A stretch of 64,000 nucleotides of DNA. It comes from Guillardia theta CCMP2712 (taxonomy: Eukaryota > Protista > Cryptophyta). Positions 1-13,015 of the stretch are shown here, piece by piece. Numbering within the stretch: the stretch's first letter is position 1; each line of letters begins with the position of its first letter. The notes beneath the pieces were generated by a model. It had not been told where the DNA came from and made no database searches. It saw only the letters and a program-made list of their open reading frames with translations. The position numbers and the translations under genes are program-made. The DNA is taken from NCBI RefSeq assembly GCF_000315625.1, contig NW_005434547.1, positions 91,239 to 155,238 on the forward strand, in the 5' to 3' direction.

Positions 1-1321
1 TCTAGTTAATGATCATTGGATCATTTATATGAACACCTCGACCATGCTACGAAGGAAGAGATGAAACGCAAATATAGCGGCGAATGGGTGTATATATTGC
101 TGCACTTGCAGAGAGTCGGAAACATGCTACGATATTGCAATGCTAAGACTCGAACTATGTCTCTATGTCTCTGTTGGGAGCTCTGCAGCTTGAAATTGAT
201 GTACCGATGATGTCACCAACCTCGCGTCGGGCCTCCTTGCAGAAATCCAGTCAGATCACGTGTAACGAAGACAATCATGGCATCATTACAGCATCCTTGA
301 TGCCAGCTTCTTCGACACTTACCCGTATGCATGCAGGTCTATCAACATAAGAATGAATTTGTCTGCATTCAAGGTGATGCTTGATGCCTGGGTTCTCATG
401 TGTTATACAAGTAGCTTGTGCTCTAGTCGGTGCTCTTCTCGCTACTCTTCTCAGTCATTTCCTAGCATGGCTCCTTACTCCCTGATTTCTCCGGCATTCC
501 ATCACCCCCCCTTCCAAGCGAGACCATTGTGCGAAACGAACTTTGAGGCTTTCATGTGAACCTTTATTATTACATGTGCATTGCTCGAGCTAAACTTGCT
601 CTGACTCCGTTCACTTGAGCCCGAAGATACGGGAGTAGAAGAGCTTGCGAGAGGAGAGCTGGACCTGGCATGGGTCATTGAGCTCCTTGTTTGCGCGATC
701 AGCCAGAGCTGCCTGGATGGGCACTTGGTAAACCTCCCGCCTTGCATCGTCCTTTGCATGAGCGAAGGAAGGGAACGAGAAGGCATCGGTGCTGGTTCGG
801 TCTTGCATGGTGTAGGTCATCGGAGGATGCAGATTGTTGGAGCTGTTGTGAGTGGACGTCTGAAGGAACGTGGAGAGCGGGGGAAGGGAGCGAAGTTGAT
901 GGGGTGACGGTGCAACAAGCAGTGGCGCCCTTTTATAGCGAGTAGCAGGGAAATCGGAACGACGCGATCTCACATCGTATCGTCCAGAACTGGTTCTTTG
1001 CTTCGATGGGCCCTGAAACGGACTCCTTTGACACAGGAGGCAAAAAAAAGGAGCTCGAAAAGGAGTTATTTCAGTGCCCCAGGCGCCCAGCCGCAGTACA
1101 CAAAAAAAACCTTCAAAATAGGACTGGTCTGTTCGCCGTGGCACCCCGAAGGCCAACTTGGCAAGTTATCAACTTCAAAACTGTACTATGATGGGCCCGC
1201 CCGCTGCGGCCGGCGGCCGTACTACCCCATCCCGACTCCGAGGCTCCGAGGCCACCGTGACACCGTGTGAGTCGTCCGAAAGGCCGCGCCCTGGCAACGG
1301 TTTGACTCTCCGTCCTGATTG

Positions 1322-1356
1322 TCCTCGTACTGATTTTTAACTGAACTTTGAGTAAA
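1322..1356 (+). repeat. conserved 35-bp island motif, copy 1
   Basis: TCCTCGTACTGATTTTTAACTGAACTTTGAGTAAA, 2 mismatches to the reverse complement of 17748-17782. Confidence 0.9.
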
Positions 1357-1529
1357 AAGTTGGAGTTGAACTTCAAGCGCGCCGGGCCTTTCGGAACAAC
1401 GGTTGCCAGTGCCTGTGCGGCAGTGCCGCCGCGCACAGCGGCACTGAGGCTGCCCGCCGCGCCGGCGGGCGCGCCCGGCCCCCGGTCACCCGGCACTGAG
1501 TGGCCTTCCGAAGTTCAGTGGGCGGCGGG

Positions 1530-1866
1530 GCCAGCGACGGCAACCGAGTCGGCTTCCGTACTCGATAAGCTGACGACCTTCTGCAATTTGCTGGGGTTTG
1601 TACAGCGTGACCCAACGATCATTCTCGTTGATAACGCAGCGGTCATCCATCTGCTGAGGGACCGTCGCGCATTTTCGAAGCTTAAGCATATTGCAATTCG
1701 ACATCGGTTCACTCTTCAGATGGTGGATGAAAACGAAATCATCGCTGTGAAGATTGCTACTACATACAACCCTGCGGACATTCTCACCAAGATCTGCCCA
1801 GTCTCCAAAATTCGTCAGCTAGCATCGTTCTTGTTCGGCAACGACATGTCTCAGGTCTCCGTTTGA
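1530..1866 (+). mobile_element. Ty1/copia LTR-retrotransposon pol remnant (RNase H C-terminus), 5'-truncated
   Basis: ORF 1348..1866 ends in PTIILVDNAAVIHLL...KLKHIAIRHRF...IATTYNPADILTK, the typical copia RNase H (DN..AI / KHI.IR.H / N.AD.LTK) motifs. The upstream SKxQxxVxLSSTEA motif is present on the opposite strand at ~1531-1590. Confidence 0.85.
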
Positions 1867-1930
1867 CCATCATTACGCCGCTGCTTCATGCAAGACCTTG
1901 TCAAGCTAGCCAAGCTCCCTGTACCTCGTC

Positions 1931-3928
1931 AGGGAGGGAGATGGACGATGCGAAGTCACAGGGGACCCACTTCAGCCTGAGGTCATCTGTTCGACACCAG
2001 AGACAGTCAGGGAGGGTTCACTAAATGAACAATCAAAATCAGGGAATATCATATCTTTTCACTATCATACCTGAATACTGAACTTCATGACAGGCTGAAC
2101 CTCTGAGAACATCTGATGATGACATCAGCATCGAGCCTCGCATCATCCCTATGTCAAGTGACATGGACGAGTCACAGGGATCCCCCAAGCAGAGCCAGGA
2201 GTCGCACAAGATGACGACGAGGCCACAAGACAGCTCTCCCACCATGATGATGAGTGTGGCAAAGAAGCTGAGGGGTGACATGACAGCGAGAAACTTGATC
2301 TCGATGATGGAGGGATCAGTCCTGATCAAAGTCGCTCTGAATGTCAAAAGTGACAAGAGCTGTTTTCAATCCAACCTCAAAGCCTGTACGTGGCCAACAG
2401 TGAGGAGAGGAATTACCTCATGATTCCACTGGTCAAGCACCGCGAAGATTGAAAGCGGCAAGCAGAGCACGGCAGATGAAAGCTTGAAGGTTGGCCAAGT
2501 TGTGAAGACCGAGGAAGGGAGACGTCCCAAAGCCTCATTGCATGCCACGATCTCACGATAGCGATATGATGACACGAACCAACAGGCTACAGCAGAGTTG
2601 AAGAAATGAAAGGCAGCTTGAAGCGCCAAGCCTTCGCAAGACGAAGAAGCAGACGATGAAGACATACCTTCGATCGAAGTTATGAAATGATGCTGCAGAA
2701 ATCAAGGAGGTCCCAAGTCGCCAGGCACATCAGTGCTGATGGGCGCTGAGGAGAACCTTTCAGTACCATGCACAGCCCTACTGCGAAAGTCAAGTCAAGA
2801 GGCTGATCGCTTATGGAAAAAGGAATATCAAGTCTGACTCATGATGAGCAACCATACAGCTTCAAGGCAGACGACCAGAGACCAAGCATGAGCCCACCTT
2901 GCTGTCAAGCAACAGCTCCCGCCTACTCTAGGCAAGGGAGGGAATACTGCGGCGACGACGCGCGAAGAGTCAACCGCAGCAGGTCATTTGAAAGGCATAG
3001 TCAAATTTGACAAGCCTGACACCGTCAATGGAGGCGCGGCAAAGCAACAATGCTGGCATCGGCACACAAGAGCCAAGGGAGGGTGTTGAAGCACCTGATA
3101 GGAGGAAGCTTCACCTCAGACAATGCCAAGCAATCGACGTGGCTCAAGTGCACAGATGCTTAGAGCCTCGGAATGCATCCCCGAGGAGGACAGCAACAGC
3201 TACAATAAGGACGACGTAGGAGAATCATGAAGAAGACAGCAAGAACCTAGGACTCGTGGATGGCAGCAGGAGATAAGCGAGTCAGCTTATATCAGTCCAC
3301 GACAGGACAGCAGATGACACGGTGGCAGGATATGGCTACGCTCAAGGGGAGATTGGAAGTATCACCCCTGAAGTCATGGACATGGGAGAACAAGGGGTCT
3401 GATCAAAGAAGACAGTACTATCATGATCATCTTAGCGGAGGACTTACAAGGGATGCACGAGACCCCCCTAGAAGCATGCTCCTACGGAGACACAGGACCT
3501 GTCAAGGTCAAGGGAGCAGCTATATCAACTTCACAGAGAGCATTGGATGAGCCTCCTCGGAGAATCGAAGACCTCGTCATGTCAAGCCTATGACTCTTTC
3601 TCAGGGACTCCCGGAACCCTCCAGGTACGGAACCAGGCCTCGGACCGGTAGAAGAATCATATCGCAGATAAGAAGCGTAGAGTACCGGTAGTGGTAGTTC
3701 CTAGGACCAAGCAGTCCCTATTTTAGGGACCGAGGAAGAGGAAGAAGGGCCGCACGCCGCCGCATTGGCAGGACAGGCCCGGAAAGGAGAACGAGGTGTA
3801 TGGTCTCTGTGAGACTGGATTGCTTGAAGTAAACAAGCTTGACCATCTATACCAATCTCTTATCACCTCCGTTTGTTCTCTGTATCCTGATATCATTCCT
3901 GCGCGGCCATTCGTGATAACTATTACCA
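1931..3928 (+). mobile_element. putative polypurine tract plus 3' LTR/3' region of the copia element
   Basis: AGGGAGGGAGA (1931-1941) lies shortly after the pol stop and is followed by TG. The region ends ...TTACCA (3928) where island-type sequence resumes. No second LTR in the window to confirm. Confidence 0.35.
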
Positions 3929-4293
3929 CTGCTACAGAAACTTGCAGTCCGTGACGGCGGTGCTATCCGATCATCGGATCACTCAGTGTCTACTTCGGGT
4001 GTCACTGCTAGTACTGTGACTGTGTCACCGTCTGTGGAGAGAAGGTTACTGGGAACTTCAACACGGCTCAGTCAGCCTAAGCCTTTCACTGCAAGTCACT
4101 GGCCGGGCAGAGTCCGACGGTCACGCCGGGCCCGGCCCGGCGGTCCACTGAGTCAGTGAGAGAAGGTAACGGCTTAGGTAACGGTCGCAATGCAAAAGTG
4201 AGCATGCTTGCTCCCCATGTTCCATGGCAGCTCCCCGCGGCCCAACCGCTGATATAAAGCCGGGGAGAGCAGGAGGCCGGTTCATCCATCGCA

Positions 4294-4837
4294 ATGCTCC
4301 GTCGACTTCTCCTCCTCACGGCTGCGGCCTCCGTGTCCGCATTCCTTGCAGCCCCGGCTCTTCCTCGTGCTCAGGTAGACACCAGCGCTGCTGTGATCAT
4401 GACCCCTCTGCGCGCGTTGGCCCCCGCTTGTCTCATACGAAGGAGAGGGGATATACACGTGGCCTCCTTTTCTCTGTTTGCTCGTGTTTTGCTCCTGCTC
4501 CTCTTCTGCTGCCGCGCATGCATGCCGATGTCGCTGACACCATTCTGTAGTCATTGCGCACCAAGGCAGCGGGCCCTGTTTGCCTCCTCAGCGAAGGGCA
4601 GATGGCCGTCAGCATTGTTGGCACCAAGAACGATGACCTCACCGTGGTTCAAGGACGCGGCGATATGCGCAGCAAGAAGGGGAAGCGCTTTGCCAAGAGC
4701 TACGGAAAGGTGATTCTTAGGGCTCAGAAAAGCAGGTCTTGACTCGTTCTCTCCTCCAGTGCCGAACCAAGAGCGGCAAGACCAGCGAGAAGTCCAAAAC
4801 CCCATGGGGAGGCGTCCACGGCCAACCAACCTCGTGA
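4294..4837 (+). CDS. PSRP4: plastid small-subunit ribosomal protein PSRP4/bTHX (Thx, bS31) with bipartite plastid-targeting leader; exons 4294-4374, 4551-4709, 4760-4837
   Basis: Signal peptide MLRRLLLLTAAASVSA|FLAAP. Two GT-AG introns keep frame. Mature part GRGDMRSKKGKRFAKSYGKCR matches the Thx/PSRP4 signature GRGDxxTxKGKRFxxSxG. Confidence 0.8.
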
Positions 4838-6553
4838 TGTTACTGATGTGTACTTAGAGATTAAGAATGCTGCGATTGAACGGAACAAACCATGTGTTTT
4901 ACTTGTATCCTGGCATCTATGACCAGCTCACAGCAAAATTTTGTTTTGTAAGTGATACAGCTCCAGATGCTCAAATTTCAATGGGCCAGCACTCTTAACA
5001 ATTTGATTGGTTTTGCAAGGTTCAATTAGTCACAATCATCACTGAGAGTTGAACGAGCTCTTGCGTTTGTGGTTGTCTCTTTGCCTTCGCTAAGTAGCGG
5101 CATGACTTCTTACTGCAACCTTGTTTCAAGTCTTGTCATCCCACTTCCTAACACTTAGAAATCCGCGCGTGAATTTTCTTGCCGCCATGCTCGTAGAGCT
5201 GCTTTCCCATTCTGTTTTTCTTCATCTTGACATCTCTGTTTCTCACTGCATTTTTATGTGCTCGACCTTAGATTCACTTCTCAGGAGCATTGCGCATTCA
5301 TGTATAAGGGCGCGGTGGCTTGCTCACCAGGAGGAAAGGATGGAGTTATTCCAGTTCCCATGTTCTGGGCGTGCACATAGTTGCGCAATACTGTCTTTTC
5401 ACTTGCCCCATATCTTTGACCGTGCTCTATAGCTTAGATTCCTTGTATTCACATATAGCACATATGACACTGGAATGAGTCGATACTACCATCTCAGTTT
5501 GATCGTCCTCAACAAGTATCGTAAAATCTAACTTGGGGGGATAGCGTCACTCGCACAAGAGGGAGGAGAACATGCATTGTATCATATGATTCTTCATGGC
5601 ATATCATTTCTTGGGCGCCGGGAGACTGAAATGAGAGTCTGAGAAACATTCAACTGTCAGCTTTCAAGTTGTGGAATGAACAAACTCTCCTGTTCTCATC
5701 TTATGGGTTCGACTTGTTGGTGCTTGGGAGGACTGAGTTCCTGCTGAGATGATGAGTGATGTGTTTCGCAAATCATGCATGCCTTGCCCGAAAGCGTCCC
5801 AACATAAGCCGACGACAAGGACTGCGAATACATCAATCCACCCATCTCAACTCGACTGCTCTTGTTGCCTGTGATCGCGGATCCTTGTACCCTGAGAAGC
5901 AGCTGGTGTGATACCTGCCATTCACACTCGTCAGGCAGCACTGCAGCATGCTTCTTGGTCCACCTCAATGACACTCTTGCTCCTCTTCGCTCCGTCAGAG
6001 GGTCTCCCAGCCGATCGAACGGTTGCTTACACTCTCTGCATCTTTCCATGGCAGTCAGGAACTCGCTCCATCAAGTATAAGTGGGATACCGATGACCCAG
6101 GTCAGTCCTCTCCACCTTCCTGTGCACAAAGTCCCAGTACTCAGTCTCATTCCCAGCCCCAATGTTTGTAGTTTGGTTGGTGTTTGCTTTTGACATCACC
6201 GCGAGGGAGGTTTCTTTTCTGATGTTGACCTATGACTGCACTCTAGCAATCCCGGATGGTCCAGCTAGCTCAAACGATATCCTCCTGCTGATCGCTCTCC
6301 CGCATTCTCCTTCGATCGTCTGCCATTGCGCCTCTCCCTCCCATCAGGCTTCATCGTCACTACTCTGACAACCAGACGTTTCAAAACAAGGAAAACCTTA
6401 CCAGGCTGCCTCACTTCATTTGAAAAGACAGCAAATAAATATCTCAAAAACAAGAAACAAAAATAGCTGCCTTTCAAAGACATCCTACAGAGAACTTGAG
6501 GTGGACTTGGAAGGAGACGGGCGCTGCAATTATTCGGCGCTGTCCCGCTAGCA

Positions 6554-6874
6554 ATGTCGCTGAAGCGCAAGGAGCCCGAGCCGATCAGGCCGCCGACAGG
6601 GCTGACGCCATCGCAGAAGATCGAGGAGCTGAAGAGACAGCACAAGGCGCTCAAGATGAACCTTGAGGTCCTCAACATGATGGGCTCTCAGGCGTTGATG
6701 GTGCTGCGCGCGCCGCCCGATGTTGTGGACGCCAAGGCGGTTCTGGACCGATGCCATGCAGAGCTGCTGGACGTGATCATGGAGAAGAAGATCAATGACA
6801 TCAAGCAGTTTATGCCCGTGGAAGCACGAGATGCCGATACCCCGGAAGAGGAGAACGATTCGGATGAACCATGA
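6554..6874 (+). CDS. hypothetical 106-aa protein (basic N-terminus, short coiled coil, acidic tail)
   Basis: ATG-initiated single-exon ORF with strong G/C-ending codon bias against AT-richer flanks. No family recognised. Confidence 0.6.
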   Translation: MSLKRKEPEPIRPPTGLTPSQKIEELKRQHKALKMNLEVLNMMGSQALMVLRAPPDVVDAKAVLDRCHAELLDVIMEKKINDIKQFMPVEARDADTPEEENDSDEP

Positions 6875-9604
6875 TTGCCTCGTAGTCTTTGACTTGCATT
6901 TCAAACCTTGACGGCCAAGAGCCGTCACCCACTGGCATGCTTTCAATCGAAACATCACCCACGACATGTGTCACATTTCTATGAACTGGTTCACAGTGAA
7001 GCAGCAACATATCTGTTCTAATACCATCAGGTCAGGATGAAAAATTCTGTATGATGGAATGGCATTCGAGTATTTTAAATATATCAAAACATGAATTGAC
7101 AGAGTGAGATGGGTGTTCAACTTTTTTCTCCAAACTGGGTGAAACTCTTTCACCTGAGATGAGGACACAGGCTTTGAGAAATCTCATAGTTCTGTTGTTG
7201 AGACGATTTCTTTCTATGTCTCATCTCGTATCGTGTTTGAAGGTTGGTTGCCAACATGCGCTAACTCTACTTGGTTTCAAACGATGATTCCATGGCGTGC
7301 ATAGTGAATGTATGGAGATGTGATTTGAGAATAACAAAAGTTGAATAGTTCCATGATGCTTTTGTAGTGTGAGAACAGAATGCGAGGCTGGTTCTGTATG
7401 AAAGCGCACAGGGGATTTGAAAATGAGATGCTTGCATTTATTCGTACACATGCTAGTATCAAGACTCATCGAAGAATCATCAGCTTCAGATTGCTGTGAA
7501 ATCTTTTTCAATAGCTGTCTGCTTCAGACTTTGTATGCTGAAAGATGGCCGAATAGCAGATGCGAGATGGGTTGAATCACGAGTTAGAAAGATAGATGAC
7601 GGCTCCAACGATGAAAACAGTCTTGCGTCATGAAGAGTGAAAAGGTCCCAGTACTCAACTTCTACAGAAACAAATGCTATACAGTCACAGGTAAGATCTA
7701 GAATGTAACAAGTTTCTTCTTGAGATCACAGAGCAGAGGAAAATAAAATTTAAAGATGTCCATACAAAATCATGACTACCATAAAATTAAGAGTAGGACG
7801 ACGACAAGGATGAAGAGAAGGTAGTGGTGTTGAGCGATTGTATTCTATTCGGTCGTGTGAAGGAGATTATCATTGAAGTTTCGAGAGATCTTCTGGGGAG
7901 GAAGTGGCTTTTGAACACAAACATCATCTATTGCAGCCACACACACCTCTCGAGATGCTACTCATCTCCCAACATTTTCAGACTCTGGAACATCATGTTG
8001 CCTGGCAATCTACTGTATGATCTGGCTTCCTTCACCTGTCTCTACCAGTCGCGCTGGTGCGTGAGATGTTTTACATACCACACACTCTCACACAAAGCTT
8101 GCAAGTGGTCATTAGCATGTTGATGTGACATCGCCGAGGTGGACAACATGCCGAAATGATTCATGTCTCCTGCAGGAAGCAGAAAACCAACAACACTATG
8201 GAGTCTCACCTACTTCTGCAACAGATCGGAGCAGCGTCGTTGCGCTTGCGCTTACATCCTCTCAGTTCATGCTCACAGTTTCTCTGAATGTATTCATCCT
8301 CTGTGCTGTCCCTGCAAGACCTGCGATGGCATGTCCAACTCTGTGCTCCCCCGGTCTTGGATCTGTTGGCACTTGCTGATGAAGTGAAGTCATCATGGGA
8401 TTGGTGTGTTTTTCTTCTTTCGAGACTCAGGAACGGAAGCAAGCATGCATGTCCGGTCACATGACGCCAACATGCTGACAAGGTCGCGAGTGAGGAAGTG
8501 CGCAGCCATCGGCATTGGCGTTGGACCATGCGAGCGCCGTGTAGCGCATGGATTCGGTGTGTCCCGACATGGGGCCCGTAGTGAGCTCAGGGGGTGGTAT
8601 CATCTAGCAGCCCGGGACTACCCCTAACAAGAGGGGTGGTAAATACTTAAAGAGGGTGGGTACTGTCAACAAAGATTCTTCTCTACTTACCGGTAGGTAG
8701 GTCCGGAGGCTCGGATCAGGATTGACAGGGGTGGTGTGAACAGGGGTGGGATAACGAGGCCGGTGATAGGGTGGGTGTAGTCATCCCGTTCCTGAGATGC
8801 GCTCAATGAAGGGGTGGTCAAGTCTGAGATATCCAGGAATATCTGGGGGTGGGTAGACCGTGGTGACCAGACCACAAGGGGGTGGTACGCAGCTCAGATA
8901 GGAGTTCTTCGATATTTGGAGGGTGGGGTAGTTCGGAATTGTAGAGGAGAAGAGGGTGGGGTACCAGGTTCCTTGAAAGCAAAGCAGCCATGGCCATATA
9001 TAAGGGAGAGCAGCAAGGAGAAGACGAATGAGGGGGGGAGGAGGAGAGATGAGGGAAAAACAAGCATGAGAAACAATCATTCCAATGCATCAGTTTGTAC
9101 AAGACGTCTGCTGCATGTAACATTCAGTTTTTTCTTTTAGTATGATCGAATGAGTTGACTGCTTTCGCACCTTGTTCAAAGTCGTTGTTGCTCTCATGCT
9201 GATAAAGACAGATAGAAAGCCCCTAGCGATGAGCCAACAATCGAGACATCAAGGAAAAACTTCTATAAACTGATCAGAAGTTGAGATGTCGTTAAGATTT
9301 GTCTTGGAATCGATGTGCTTGTGAGCTTTGTCATAATGCAGATGAGCTAATACAGTTCTTGGCAGGAGCAATCTACAGGGATTGAATTGACGATGAAATC
9401 AAAGCAGGAGCCCAGAAAATATGACAGTGTCATCTGTATGAAATCAGATTGATTGACTTGCCTATACAAGCACACCCTGCACAAGTAATGTTCGAGTGCT
9501 TGGACAAGTGAGGTGACCATCATTCTGATCTCTGCAAGAAGAGACCAGTAGGCGTGTGTTGGCAGCAAGTCAGACCCTCTGCTTGTGACCGCAAGACTAG
9601 CCGC

Positions 9605-10371
9605 ATGTCTTCGCAGAGCAACACGACGAGCTTCAACAACAACGACTCCTCCGTCAACGGTTGGAACATGAGACAGCTCGCGATCTTCATCCCCTTTGCC
9701 ACTTTCTTCCTCTGCATCTGGATCATGTGGCTGCGGGTAGGATACCCCACGTTTCTGATCATGAAGGCCATCCAACTGAGCGAGGAAGGCCTGCGGCGAG
9801 AGGAGGAGAACAGATCGCAGCACGACTCTGACAACGACGAAGACGACCGGTCGAACAAGTAAGTAGCGGGAGGTGTCTTTTTGGAAGTGACTTGGTACCT
9901 CAGCTCTCTGGTGTCTGTTGGTGAAGTCGACACAATGTGGAGGGAACAGCAATCGGCGCAGGTGGTGTGCGCAGAGGAAGAGTCTTCTACCAACGAGGAA
10001 CTTGCTGCCTCTGCTGATATGTGCTACCTGACTCGTTCCTTCAGAATGAGATGTCCGACAAGAAGGCAGATGTGAGGATGGATCAAGTTGAAGAGCAAGA
10101 AACATCGGCCGGCATTGTTGTTGAGGACATGGAGAGCCGGCATGCCTCTGTACATGTCAACATTGCACAGGGTAAGAGGCGGAGACAGCATGGTACTTTA
10201 CATCTCTGTGATGGTGTGGCAGATCTGAACGAGACGGAGGAGAAGCTGAGGGATGTGGAGGTTCAGATTGAGCGGCTGCAGGGTAGAATGTTGGGTGAGA
10301 CGCGAGCTATCCTCTCCCGCTGCGCTGACTCCTGCACGGCAGAGCGACAAGTCAGTGAGACTTTGTGTTGA
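9605..10371 (+). CDS. hypothetical single-pass membrane protein, multi-exon
   Basis: MSSQSNTT... then hydrophobic LAIFIPFATFFLCIWIMWL followed by an acidic/coiled-coil region. ORF pieces 9554, 9881 and 10021 are linked by short GT..AG introns. Confidence 0.55.
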
Positions 10372-10879
10372 TGAGAGTGCATGGATAGTTACGGCCCAAG
10401 GGCGATCATGTCGGATGAGCATTGAAAGCTTGAGGGGCAGTTGACATACTCTCGGTGTAATTTTGGATATTGTATTTTTCTTTCGTTTTTTGTTTTCTGC
10501 CACAAGGATTGGAAATTTCTTGTTGATCCGACCCTGAATGAACATGTCTACTGTGGCGCTAACAGTGGTCAGGTTCATGAGTCGAAGAGTGCAACCTTAA
10601 CGTCTCTGACGTGCATGTCATCGAATCATGCTCGACACGCAGATGATAATGAGATGCGATATTGCATTCAATACCAACGCTTACAAGTCCACAATTCGCA
10701 ACTGAAGTACAGCATTCTAAACACAAGAAGGAATGCGCGTCTCTTGCGCGATCAGACTCTTGCAAGGTAGAAGGAGACTGGATGTTTGGGGCTTCCAGAA
10801 ATTTCAAAAGATATCGGCATATGAAGTGCCTGATAGCCAGCTAGCGGTAGTTTGTTGGCACTTGTATCGTACCACGTCT

Positions 10880-12964
10880 TTACATCATGGCCCGTTGGAT
10901 CTTACCCATGAGCTCCATTACCTGCCGAACATTTACACTTCTTCCTCCTCTTCCTCCGTCTTCCTCCTCCTCCTCCTCCTTTCCATCCTTCTCCGTCTCT
11001 TCTTCCTCCTGCTCCCTGCTCACCTCGGGGTCGTTGGCATACTTGCCCATGGCCATCGGATTCTGCTGCATCTCCATGATGATCTGCATGTCATCGTCAG
11101 CCACTGATCCTCCTTGCTTCCCTCCCCCCCCCCCCTTGTTGCTCTCTTCTCCTCTTCCTCTCCGTCCTCGTCCTGATTGCTCTCCTTCATTCCATCTCAC
11201 CGACATCATCCTTGGGTTCTGCATGGCAGCCATGATCTCTGGGTCCCCGAGGATCTTCGAAAAGTCCATGCCAGCTGGCATGCCGGGCATACCGCCCATG
11301 CCGCCCATGCCCGGCATACCGCCCATGCCGCCCATGCCCGGCATGCCGCCCATGCCCGGCATACCGCCCATGCCCGGCATGCCGCCCATTCCACCTGAAA
11401 GAAGACAGTCAGGTACAAAAGAAGATCGAGGTAACAGATACCAGGGAAACCAGCGCCAGCTTCTCTTTGCTGTCGAAGTTTTTCTTGCCTCTCCTTCTCC
11501 TTCTTGAGCCGCCTGGTCTTGCGTGAATAGTAGCAAAACTGCTGGCATAGAGACAAACCTTTCTTTGTTGTGATTCTCAATGACAATTTGCTTGTCATGC
11601 TGTCAGGATTAAACAAAATCAACAGAAATTGTGCGCAATGAAGAGATGCATCACCTTTTCCTTCACCTTCTTCTCGATTGCGTACGTTTCCTCGTCGTAG
11701 TCGATGCTCTGTCCCTGTCCCAGCTCATGCGCAGCTTCAGCCCACTTGCCAAGCATGGCGTATGCCTTTCCCTTGAGCTATCATCTCTGAGTGAGTAGAA
11801 GAAATCGAGCAGCGGCGAGATGAAACGAGAAGGCAAAGAAGAACTGATTGAACGAAGGAGAGAGAGCGAGAGAAATCAGAACAGAGAAAGTAGATCAACT
11901 AAGAGGATGCCTAGCAGAATGAGCATCTGAGTGTTGTGTTTGTGTAGCAGGTTACTTTCAGGGCCTTGGCTGAGTCCGGATTGACCTCCAGCGCCTTATC
12001 CGCATCACGCAGAGCAGCCAACTGGCGACACGTCAGATTCCCTTGGAATCTCTTCCTCTCTTCACCGGCTTCCTCATGCTCAAGTAGCAGAGGCCTCTGT
12101 TCGCATACACCATCGCGCTCGGAGTCGCAATCACGGCCTTCAGTCATGCCGGTCAGGACCGAAAGTCTTCACCCGCTCCCCTGACCTCCGTCCAGTGATC
12201 TGCCGCCTTGTCAAAATCACCAGCCGATTGAGCGTCCTAGTGGAAAAAGTCAATGACAATGTCAAGGGGAGAGTGCCGGGGTTTGAAAAAATGAGAGCAG
12301 ATGAATAAGGGGAGGAAGGAGAACAGGGCGGTGGTAGAGGACAGCGCGCAGCACCATGGCAGCAGCTTTAGCTGTTGACGCAGCTTCATAGTCTTGATCG
12401 GAAGGCTCTTTTGAAGAATCTCCATTTTTCTTTGGGAACAAGGGTGAGTGATAGAACAAGATGCCAATCGAGATCAAAAAGCAGGAAAAGGGAGGAGGGA
12501 GGAGGGAGGAGTTGAAGAGGAAGAAGTTGAAGAGGGAGGATTTGAGCAGGGTAGAGACAGGATCGGAAGGGGGAAGGAACAAGGAGAAAGGAGGTAGGAA
12601 GAAAGAGCAGAAGCAGGGAACAAGCAACAATGCTGAGACAGCAAGCGCCAGACACAAGGTCAGGAACAGCAGGCTGGGTGAACCTGTTTCTCCGGAAGAT
12701 CTGCTTCATCATGCGGAACGACCTCGGGGTCGAATTCTTCCTTCTAAGGAAAAAACAAAAACATCAGAATGCAATCAAGGTTCTGTCACAGGTTCTTACC
12801 TCCTCCTCCTCGTCGCTGACCTCTTCAACAGTGGGACCAGCAGTCGACGAAGAAGCCTTTGAAACATCATATTAATCACTGATTGATTGACTGACTGACT
12901 GACTGACTGACTGACTGACTGACTGAGTGACTGAGTGACTGAGTGACTGAGTGACTGACTGACT

Positions 12965-13015
<51 letters not shown>

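Noticed and set aside
1-1000. ORFs 502..786 and 611..1156 (-)
   Set aside because: No recognisable product. May be the 5' part of a gene running off the window but unsupported.
4950-8530. Possible multi-exon minus-strand genes at ~4950-6400 and ~7000-8500
   Set aside because: Could not build a stop-free exon chain or recognise any motif by eye.
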